Positions 13,060 through 23,469 of a DNA stretch of 64,000 nucleotides are shown here, piece after piece. Origin of the DNA: Novakomyces olei (Eukaryota); the NCBI GenBank assembly GCA_016906335.1, contig JADEYG010000009.1, positions 310,001 to 374,000 of the forward strand, in the 5' to 3' direction. Every line of letters starts with the position of its first letter. The stretch's first letter is position 1. The position numbers and the translations under genes were made by a program. Under the pieces are notes generated by a model that saw only the letters and a program-made list of their open reading frames with translations, was not told the DNA's origin and searched no databases.

Positions 13060-14752
13060 ATGGACGAGCAGACGGCCGGTCGCGGTCGTCGAGCTGTATT
13101 TCTGGATATAGCCTTTTGTGTCCAGGGCATCGGTGTACTGTGGCCATGGAACTGTCTTATAACTGCTTTTGATTTTGTGAGTAAAAGCTGTTTATTGATC
13201 GTGATCTAACTGGCAGTTTCGGCAGAGATTGAAGCAAAGTCCGTTAGAAACACGGTTCCCGTCAATGGTCGCGACGAGCTACAATGTTGCTACATTATTG
13301 ACTATTCTGTTTGTTACCGCAATAGACGTTCGTCATTTTCTCAATGGCCGCATAATATGTGCGAACGCGTGTATTGCTCTCGTCTTTATCTACATTACTC
13401 TGCTGACCACATTGGAAATGGCAAACAGTGGTAATTCCTTTATTGACTTTTTATTCGTTCTCGGCTCCGATAAAGAGCAAGTTGAATTTCGAGTTTAGTC
13501 GGATTCTAATATTAGCCTTTGCCGTACAAATGCTGGTTGCAAGTGTAGCACTAGCTGCCGCTTGCTCTGTAAGCCAAAACGCCGTGTTCGAGGTTGCCGG
13601 TGCTTTTGAATCGTCCTGCATTCAGTCATTGGTCGTGTAAGTTGTCCAAGTTTGCTCTTCTCTTTAAGTTTAGCTTTATCGTTTTCGTTTGTATTTGCTT
13701 CCGGAGCTGTCTTCTTTTTTAATTTTCATTCATTTTGGTCTCCTGCTTCACTTCAAAATCTATTCAGTATTTTATCCCAACATTTTTCTCCTATGTGCTT
13801 TCTAACCATCAGAGGTCAAGCTGTGTCTGGCGTACTTGCAGCCACTGCTCGTCTCTTGACTAACGCTGTACAAAAGAACGATACGGACGGCAAATCATCC
13901 GAATATACTGCTACATTCGCCTATTTTATAGCTGCAGCTCTCGTTTCTATCTCGTGCATTTTTTCACAGCTGTTCATTTCTCGTTCCTCGGAATTTTCAA
14001 AGCTTTTAGGGCCGCAAAGGCAGCAGTCTGGAGAATACGAACGGCTCCCAGGTGGTGAAAATGGTGTTGAGCCGGAGGCAGATAATATCGGCTCATCAGA
14101 CAATTGGCTCCAACGGCTACAACGTCGAATTGCTCCTGATTTGTTGATTATTCGGGCGTACAAGTACCTTTTTCTTGCCATGTTTTTCACTTACCTTGTC
14201 TCCATCGGCCTTTTTCCCGCAGTGACGTCATTTGTGCGATCAATATCTGAGAGCAAGGGAGGCATCTGGAGCGACAAGATTTTTGTTCCCGCTGGATTTC
14301 TCGTATGGAACTTGTTTGACATGATTGGACGAATGGGGGCCGGTCGCCAGTTATTTTTAGGGGATAGAGTCTTCAAGTCTGGCGGTTACCTTTTCATGCT
14401 AACACTGATCCGATTTGTCTTTGTGCCGCTTATTTGGCTGTGTAATTTGGACGATAATAGCGGTGCTATAGTTCCGAGTGATTTGTATTTTTTCGCAGTG
14501 ATGGCAGCTTTTGGAGGAACTAATGGTTGGGTAACGGGCCGTATCTTTCTCTTGATTCCGGAGCAATTGCCGCTAGTGGTTAAGGCAAGAGCTTCAGGCT
14601 CACTTTTCTCTGGGCGTGATAATGCAAGCAGTTTTGGGCCTGTTGAGGATGCTCGTGTAATTGAACGCACTAATGCTTTAATGGTCTTTGTATTGATTTT
14701 CGGTGTGGCCGCCGGCAGTGTTGTTTCGTTTGGGTTTGTCGCATTAGCTTGA
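13060..14752 (+). CDS. FUN26: Equilibrative nucleoside transporter (ENT/Fun26 family), 4 exons
   Basis: GIGVLWPWNCLITA, GQAVSG, FLVWNLFDMIGR, RFVFVPL and FGGTNGW motifs with multiple TM helices. Confidence 0.9.
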
Positions 14753-15210
14753 TGCTTCTAGACTTGGGCTACATTTTGCATCTAATATTAGTTATTAAGT
14801 ATCTTGATTATAGACGGGGATAGCATTTGTAAATGCGACCTTCAATTGTGCGTTACTACTCCCCGAGTATTGTATTTCTCATAATTTATTCCGTTTAATT
14901 ATTTTAATCATATACATTATTTCATTTACCTATTCATTCACTATATCCATCATCTTGATAATACATTATATTATTCCTTCATTATTAGGGTTTTCTAATA
15001 CGCTTTCGGTGCGAAACGGTTAGTTTAGCCACGAACGGATAAACGGGGTAAGGCAGACAGAGTGCAAGGCGAGATCATAGATCATAAAGTTCTTTGAGAT
15101 CTCTTCAAATATTTCTGGGAAAGGTTTTGAAGATCACGTCTTCTTGTCCGCCGAGTCAAGCTTTGCCAAAAAGGTCAAAAAATAATATTTGACAGTCTTT
15201 GAGTATCGCA

Positions 15211-16046
15211 ATGTCGAGAGTATCGTCATCAGCAGACCATGCGACAAAGCCCGCTCCTCAGGTATGTTTGGCCTTTTCATTGGATAATAAATAAAAGAGC
15301 ATTTGCTTTTGGCTCTGCAGTTTTAGTTGCTCGACTTGCACTGGTCTGGTTTGCATTACAATCTTGTTATGTCTTTTGCCTCTCCTATTCATTCGACTAT
15401 TCATGATTCCTTTCGATATTTTGCTAATAATGGCCAGTTATTTTCACAGAAATTGGTGCTTTTAGGTGAATCCGCTGTGGGCAAATCAAGCTTGGTTTTA
15501 CGGTTTGTCAAAGATCAATTTGATGATTATCGCGAAAGCACAATTGGAGCTGCCTTTCTCACACAGACTGTTGCACTTGATGATGCCACTTCTATAAAGT
15601 TTGAAATCTGGGATACTGCGGGACAAGAACGGTACAAATCGCTGGCGCCAATGTATTATCGAAACGCTAATTGTGCTGTCGTGGTTTACGATCTGACTCA
15701 GGCTGCCTCGCTGGACAAGGCCAAGGCTTGGGTGAAGGAGCTTCAGCGCCAGGCCCCTGAAGGCATTATAATTGCTTTGGCTGGAAACAAACTTGACTTG
15801 GCTCAAGACAAACGTACCGTTGAGACTGCGGAGGCAGAAGCCTATGCTCGGGAAGCTGGACTGCTCTTCTTTGAGACTTCTGCAAAGACTGGGCAGAATG
15901 TTAATGAGCTTTTCCGGGCTATTGCAAAGAAACTCCCATTAGAAAAGCTTCAGACCAGTCGGGGTCGAGCTCCAGGCTCAAGGGGTGTTGATCTTGCCCG
16001 TTCACAGTCAGGAAATGCGTCGGCCGCAAATTCTTGTGCGTGCTGA
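15211..16046 (+). CDS. YPT5: Rab5-family GTPase (Ypt5/Vps21), 2 exons
   Basis: [38 protein letters not shown] and a C-terminal CAC prenylation motif. First exon [17 protein letters not shown] is followed by a GTATGT donor. Confidence 0.95.
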
Positions 16047-16509
16047 ATGTCAATGTGGGCTATGGAGGAGAGATTATTGGGTTTATGACTTTTGTGGGGT
16101 TGATATTTCTGGCCAATAGTAATTTAAATGGAATTTTTGCTTGCTTGGTCGATAGTTTGCAACTAGATACATCGGATTTGATATTGACCTTGGATCGAGA
16201 ATAGTATTTCCGTGCTGTTTTATTTTCTTTTATTTTCTTTTAAATTTTTTGAATTTTGTTCTATTCCATTAGCTCTTGTGCCTTAGCTTGAAAGATCCGT
16301 AAAGGTGGGGGGAAAGGTGCCGAGGATGAGGCAAGGAGCGAGCAGACACTCTAACGAAACGGTATTGCGCGCAACTATTTAACTCATATAACGCTTATCA
16401 AATTTTGCCGGCAGCTCAAAGCAGGTCCGGTAACGGTGCTCGACGAACAGCATCCTTTCAATGCACCCTTGAAAAACAAAAGTAATAGTTTCGATTCAAT
16501 TTGTGATAA

Positions 16510-19049
16510 TTATATTTGTACTGAATAAAGTCGTACATAGATAGTCAGTACTACCACGAATAAGATAGTCGAATACGCTGAATAAAGAGGACGATTACTG
16601 TGAATTAGCATCTAGCAAGTGTCAAAGTAGACTTACAAAAGCACATCAGAAGTATACGATGCGCATAAAAGTGTCCATAGCGTTGATTGACCCGCGCCTA
16701 TTTGCGGCGATACCCAAAACGTAATTAACGCCTTACACCGGTTAGCACATTGAGACTTAATCCGTATTGAAATGTGGATTAGATTTTGTATATCAAAAAG
16801 ATCGACACTTCTCGTAAACAAGAACAGGAAAAGACCCACAAATACACAGAGAGAGAGAAAGCAAGGTTGGGGTTAAAGTATATGAAAATAAATACATAAA
16901 AAACAAACGTAAATCAACAACAGTATATACCCTCAAGGCCATGGAGAACGGGACGAACTTAAGAGTGAGGGCCCTTATAGCCATCTGCAACAAACTCTGT
17001 CTGGCTTGCGGAACAGCTAAAACTGACCCCGGCCGAAGAGGGTAGATTGTAAGCTCTTTAAACGTCGGGCTCAATGCCCATTCATCGACACTGCTCACGG
17101 GCTTCGTTGTCGGTTTAGGCGCTTCATGGCTTGTTGTAACATTTGCATTACGACCAAAAGATGGGTGATGCGTTTCGGGTTGCAATGAAGAAGGAGAAGA
17201 GTCGTTAATGTAAGGCTCCATTCTGGACAAACACGCTAAAACCTGCTGAATGTTCCATCTTTCCATTGGGTCTGGTTTCAGCATATTTTCCAACAAATTT
17301 GTTATAGCCTCAGGTAAGTCTTCGTGGTGGTTTTGTAAGCCTTTCCAGTCTCGAATTTCTTCAGCGAGAGCTTCATAGTTTTCACTTTCATCGTACGACC
17401 AAGGCAGTTCGCCCCTGTGGACTAAAAAGAAGAGAATCATTCCAAGCGAGAAAATGTCGCTCTTGAACGAAGGTTTTCTGTCGCTATTCAGTATCAAGAG
17501 TTCGGGGGCTGTAAATGGAAGAGAAATGCTCAACTTTGAAGCCTCTGTTATATCATCAAGTATCTGACCTAGACGAGTTAGTTTCAGGGTAAGCACTCAA
17601 AGCCGATTAAAAAATAGAAATCAAGAGTCGATATTTGTTTAAACAAAGCTGATAAAAAAAACTTTAAAGACTATTATAGACTTACCTTCGCCAAAGTCCC
17701 CCACTAGCGCCTTTGGGCGATCAAGGCCTTCTTCGTAATGCAAGAGGCAATTTGAAGGTTTCAAGTCACGACTATAGGTCAGTTTCAGTCAGCATACTGT
17801 TTCGACATTGTACAAAGCAACAAAACACGGTTAAGGCATAGGTCAGTTCAGTGTGAGCTGTATGCGCATCACAATCAACTGGCCTACTACTTTAAATAAC
17901 ATAATTGAACAAACTTACTGAACGACTCCACGGGACTGTAAAAACTCTATTCCATCCGCAATATCACGAAACAAGGCAAAAATGAGCGAGGGCGGCACTT
18001 CTTGTAATCCCTTACTGACCGCACGACGGGCGGAAGAACTAAGCGTACGGGACTTGCGAGCAGCTCTTTTCCTCTCTTCAGCAGAAGCATACGCGCCACC
18101 ACCCGCACTATCAGACGTCTGTCCGAAATGAGCGCGGATAAACTGGTCAAGAGTGCCTCCGTTGCAAAACTCTTGCAGAATATACAGAGTCGGTACGCGT
18201 GGACCAAACTGTGTCAGCTGCGTATGCTCGAGCCATACGTGATTGTAATTCACGATATTCGGGTGCCTCAGGCTCATGAAACGGACTTCCTTTAGGACGC
18301 GTTCTAGCCAAGGGTGCGAATCGCCGACGGCTACTAGCTTGAGTGCATAAGTGCCGATAGTGATCCCGTCCAGCACGTGATGAACGAGCACGACTTCCGC
18401 CTTTGCGCCACGTCCCAGCGATTTGTCACGCAAAAAGAACCGCTCAAAGTACCCGTCGTTGAACGCGGTATTAGACACGCCTCCCCTGGCTGTTTGAGGC
18501 AGGGGACTGGTGCTGTTTTTGCCGCCAGAGTAAACGCCATTTAAATCATTGGCTCGGGCCGAGTGCCGTGTCCCTTTTCCCACTGCGCCTGTACCTTTGT
18601 CTGTGCCTGTATATTCATCTGTATATTCATCTGTGTCCTTGTCTGCACCGTTAGAGGGCAGAGCGTTTACAATAGAGCGTCCTTCTTCACGGAAGTACTT
18701 GTCCAGCAGCTCGAAATAGTTTGCTGCCGAATCGCCTTCGTCTGTGGGCGGAGAGAGCACTGCTTCCGCCTCTGCCGAACCCGACGAGCTCTCTGTGCTG
18801 GAAGCAAAAGCTCGGCGGCAGAGCGGGCAGATATTGTCCCGCGAATGGCTCAGAGCCGCCTCGCTGGACTGTGCCGGCAGCGTTACCGGCAGATTGCGTG
18901 CAGAGTACACAGAGAGCTGCTTGAATCTGGGTTCGTGGACCACGACGATTTCTCGGTGCGGACTGCGTCTAGTTCGTTAGAGGCAAAGAGCTTTAATGTG
19001 CTTTTATTACGTACAGGACGATCTCGCCACGCCTTCCGGGCCCGTCCAT
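16510..19049 (-). CDS. IKS1: IKS1-family Ser/Thr protein kinase with C-terminal hydrophobic tail, multi-exon
   Basis: N-terminus GEIVL|RSPHREIVVV, CPLCRR, GYFERFF...LGRG, VGDSHPWLERVLKEV, HVWLEHTQLTQFGPRVP, spliced H|RDLKPSN, DFGE|G and APE. The terminal exons encode TM-like segments. Start and end are inferred from splice signals. Confidence 0.85.
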
Positions 19050-19137
19050 CGCGCGCCATATGGGTGAGCTCTGCTCGGTGCTGTCATCTGAAATATGGGG
19101 AAGTTGGGTATGTAGTATTGCACGCAATATTGCTGAG

Positions 19138-19216
19138 AATTATTGGTAATAAAAGGAGAATTATTGAATTATTTGAGAATTATTGGGAATTATTGGAGAA
19201 TTATTGCTGAGAATTA
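19138..19216. repeat. Degenerate (GAGAATTATT)-type tandem repeat
   Basis: Read directly from the sequence upstream of IKS1. Confidence 0.75.
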
Positions 19217-19600
19217 AGGGCGAGTGAAGGGACTCACACGTGCGCGCACAGATAATTGCACGTGTGCTTACGCGAACCGTTAGTGTACTCTTACACAACT
19301 CTCCTGTATGTTAAAAGTAAAAGCGCGCAATGCGAAACTACGCAGCTGTACACTATACGCCGTCTGCCGATATAGTCTGCTACTTTAGCTGTCTGTACCA
19401 TTCATTGTTCCGACTGTTGTACGCTACAGTGACTCGACTGGTGTGCGCGCGTACAGTAATCTTCAAGCAGCCTGTCAAGTAACCCAGCATGCTCGTACCA
19501 CGAACCTGAACAGTTGCGCGTTATCTTATTTGACAGTCTACTACTTTCAGTCTACCACTTTACTGTCTACCAGTTGGCAATTCAACCAAATTACAATTTT

Positions 19601-19668
19601 TTCAAGTAATAAATTTGACATAAATTTGGCAATTCAAGTAATAAATTTACAATTCAAGTAATAAATTA
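19601..19668. repeat. Three copies of TTCAAGTAATAAATT
   Basis: Read directly from the IKS1/AGO1 divergent intergenic region. Confidence 0.8.
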
Positions 19669-20213
19669 ACAGGACGTGAACGCGGAAGGTTATTCGGCCT
19701 CGCGATTCGGGCACAATGTGCAAACCTTAATACCTTTACCTATGATTTTCTTGAGTGCCGTTGAAAGAAATTTGAAAAACAATTGCTACTCCCTAACTTT
19801 ACGCACGTGATGCCCATTGCCTTTTGAGCCAAACTTGTAAATAAACGAACGTCACGGCAAATCCTCTCTCATATCCATCCACCATCAGTGTACTTTATAT
19901 TCGCCGTAGCGGCACACAATGTGATGCGAATACAGTAAAGCAACAATAATAATCCATAATAAAAAATAATAATCAATAATAATCGCACTAGACGAGCCTG
20001 TCGCGTTGAAAATGGTTGGTCACATTTGCGCAATATTACTTTATTTAATTAAGCTCTCGACCAGTAATATGTGCGCCCGTACAAGGGGGCGCACAAGAGA
20101 AACGGGAAACAGCAAAAGCAGGAAAACGGATCTCTCCACACGAGCGTACACGCATAAAGAGGAGGTCAGAGAGCCGCAAAGCGTCAACGCGTCTCAGTAA
20201 CGAATTGGTGGCA

Positions 20214-23005
20214 ATGTCTTATGCTGCTGTTGAAGGCGCGGCTCCGCGTCGCCCGGAAATTGGCACGGCGGGTCGGCCATTGAACCTGATTGCGAACCAT
20301 TTCAAGGTGACAAAGTTACCAGACTATAAGATTAGTCAGTGGGCGGTAAGTGGACAGGCAAGAGGAGGGGGTTGCACCGGCAATGAATAATAATATGGGA
20401 AATATGGGCAGTGCACTGGAAAGGGTGGTAAACTGGAAAAAGTGGTGAAAAGTGTGGGGGGACAAGTAAAGCGGCATACAAGGCGAAATAGGATCTGGTT
20501 TATGAATATTGCTTTGGCTAACTGGCAAGGTTAAAATCGCAGAGGCAGATGGCACTGATCTTCGCAAGACTGAGGTTCTTCAGCGCGTGTGGCAGATGGA
20601 CGAGGTGAAGGAGTTGCTGAAAGGCTTTCACTCCAAGTTCATTTATGATGGTAAGAAATATTAGCATAAAGCCTGGTTGCCGTGATTGAATGCTTACGCC
20701 AGGGCGCTCAATGGCCTGGGCAATGGCGTCTGTGGATGTCCCGGAAAAGGTCTCGACTAGTTTTGAAATCCGGGGTAAAAAGGCGCGTACGCTAAAGGTG
20801 GACGTGACGCGTACAATTTCCAGTATTAATATCGCCCTTATAAAGGACTACGTCGAGGGCAAAATCGAAAAGAGTGCTGCCATCGATGGGGCAGTAATGT
20901 TTCTCGATGTTCTTCTTTCTCAGAACCCTAAATCTTCGCAAACAAACTTGGGCCATTCGTTTTTCAGTACTGATGAGCGCAGCCATTTCGAGATTGACGC
21001 TGGTCTTTCTGCGGTTATTGGCTTCTACCAAACTATCAGCTTGGGGCCCTCCAATGTCAATGTCAATGTCGATACTTCGGCGGCAGTTTTCCATAAACCA
21101 GGAAACATTCAAACCATTTTGGCCCAGTACCTGGGCTGCCGGGGACTTGGAGACCTGGAACGTGCTCTCAAGGACGACAGAGCTCATCGTGCTGCCACCC
21201 GTTTCTTCAAGAACCTGTCTTTTGTCGCTGGTCATCGTAGCCCTGGCAAAAACAACAGGCAAAGGGAGCACAAGATCTTTGGATTCTCCCGTGTCGGTGC
21301 GGCCGATGATATCTTTGAGATTACCGACGGAGAAAAGACGCGCAAGTCGTCCGTGGCCGACTACTTTTTGGAGCGGTACAACATCAAGTTGGAGTACCCC
21401 AATCTGCCGTGCATTGAGACTACTCGCAAAGAGAAATTCCCACTGCAAGTTGTCCAGCTGGTTTGGGGACAAAAGTATGGTCCGAAGCTCAGTGGAGATG
21501 CTACTGCCAAAATGATCAAGGCAGTGTGCATGAAACCGGCGGACAAGATTGATTACATCAACGAGAGTGTCCGTCGGCTGAATTGGTCAGAGGATCCCCA
21601 TTTGCTCGAGTTTGGTATCGCTGTTGATAGCCAGATGATGTCGCTCAAAGGCCGTGTCCTTCCAGCGCCCGAATTGCTCTATGGAAAAGACTCTAAAGAA
21701 GGCGAGCGCCTTCGTCCTGTCGGTGGCAGATGGAACCTGCGTGGCCGGACTTTTGTCAATGGCAAAGTCATCAAACGCTGGTGTGTCTCTGTCTTGCCCG
21801 GGTACAATAACAACCCGAGGAACCAGATGAACAAGGGAGCAGTTGAGCGGTTTATCGCTGAGCTCGGCCGCACTCTCCACCTGCAGGGGATCCGGGTTGA
21901 GCAGCGTAATCCGAGCATTACCTTTGGCAATCCGAGAATGAGTATGGACGAAGTGTTCCAGCAGATCCAGGAAGCTTCGCCCGACAGTAAACCTGATCTT
22001 ATCGTCTTTCTCGTGCCGGACAAGACGACAGAGCCGTACAATTCGCTCAAACGTATCTGCGATACACGACTGGGCATTGCCTCTCAGGTGTGCATTAGCC
22101 GCCATGTTCTGCAGGCCAAAACGCAGTACTGTGCCAATGTGGCCATGAAGATCAATGCCAAACTCGGAGGCACCAACCTGTACTTGACCCCGGCAGCTCT
22201 GCCGATCCGCGATGTGCCGACAATAGTTCTCGGTGCAGATGTATCCCACCCTGGAATTGGTGCACAGGGAGGTGCTTCTATTTCCTCCCTGGTGGGATCA
22301 ATTGACCGTGATTTTTCGAAATATGTGGGGGTCGCACGTGCTCAGGAAGCCAGGCAGGAGATGATTACAGACATGAAGGCCATGTTCAAGCAGACCATGC
22401 GTAGTTTCTACCAGAACACTCGAGCCAAGCCTGCCCGCGTCATTTACTTCCGGGACGGAGTAGCTGAGACTCAGCATCTGCAGGTCCTGGAGACGGAAGT
22501 AGCGGCCATGCTCTCCGCCTGCGAGGAACTTGAGCCCGGTTATAGGCCCAAGGTTACTGTCTGTATCGCCCGTAAACGCCACCATACCCGGTTCTTCCCG
22601 GCTAATCCTCACGACGGTGACAAGAACCATAATATTGTGCCTGGGACGATTGTCGATTCCGGTGTTGTCCATCCGACAGAGTACGACTTTTTCATCAGTG
22701 CTCATACGGCACTACAGGGAACTGCCCGCCCCACTCACTACCATGTCATCAAGGACGAAGTCGGGCTGCCTGTTGATCAGTTCCAGCAGCTGGTGCATAA
22801 CCTGTGCTACATCTATCAGCGATCCACAACATCTGTCAGTATCTGTGCCCCCGTTTATTATGCCCATATTGTGGGCAGAAGAGCCCGCTGCCATGATGTC
22901 ACAGATACCAGCGATGAGGTTTCTGTTACTGTCGATGAGCCTAACCAGGTGCTGACTTTGCCGGAAGTTGCTGATCCATTACGCCAGAGCATGTGGTACC
23001 TCTAA
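20214..23005 (+). CDS. AGO1: Argonaute (N-PAZ-MID-PIWI), exons 20214-20345, 20530-20650 and 20703-23005, about 851 aa
   Basis: RP..GTAGRPLNLIANHF, FIYD|GRS, PAZ (SVADYFLERYNIKLEYPNLPCI), GRWNL, KINAKLGGTN, GADVSHP, RQEMI, YFRDGV, KRHHTRFF, GTARPTHY, PVYYAH and the MWYL C-terminus. Confidence 0.97.
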
Positions 23006-23096
23006 GTGGCCTCCAGAGTCAACAATCGAGGCGAGTGAGTGCAGATAAGAGGGGGAATATTTTAATACAGATGGAAAGAATAGGCTAAAAAATAAA

Positions 23097-23119
23097 GGGG
23101 GGGGGGGGGGGGGGGGGGG
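23097..23119 (+). repeat. G23 homopolymer downstream of the AGO1 stop
   Basis: Read directly from the sequence. Confidence 0.95.
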
Positions 23120-23469
23120 ATCAAGAGAAGCGACAAGAATCTTAAATTATCATCAAAGGACATTGGCAGGTCAGTGACCGGGACCAAGGCGGGGAGCGAG
23201 AGTGCAAAGGTCAGTAATAAGAAATCTGACAAAAAGACAGCGGTAAATGCAGCGGTAAAAGAGTTGGAGAAATAAGCTGGACAATGCAAGTAGCCATTGG
23301 GGACACGACGTACCTTGAGAAAAGGCTTTTGATAGTGTGGTCAAAAGCGTGATGATAAGCAAGCAATACAGCGAGGTGAAACGTGTACACAAGACACCCT
23401 TCTAATTGTGTTTCGGTCTTGTCTCCAGGCCTTAATATGGCCAATAATATTTATTTATCTAATTTATGG

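Noticed and set aside
7600-13060. Possible mating-type locus or CAAX pheromone precursor near the STE6-like gene
   Set aside because: No short CAAX-ending ORF or HMG/alpha-box gene was seen. The homeobox gene 14 kb away is TGIF/Cup9-like, not a MAT homeodomain.
16324-16360. GATGAG...GAAAC, resembling a hammerhead ribozyme core
   Set aside because: It lacks the CUGANGA core and the required stems.
20792-22705. Long antisense ORFs within AGO1
   Set aside because: These are shadows of GC3-rich codon usage with no recognisable domains.
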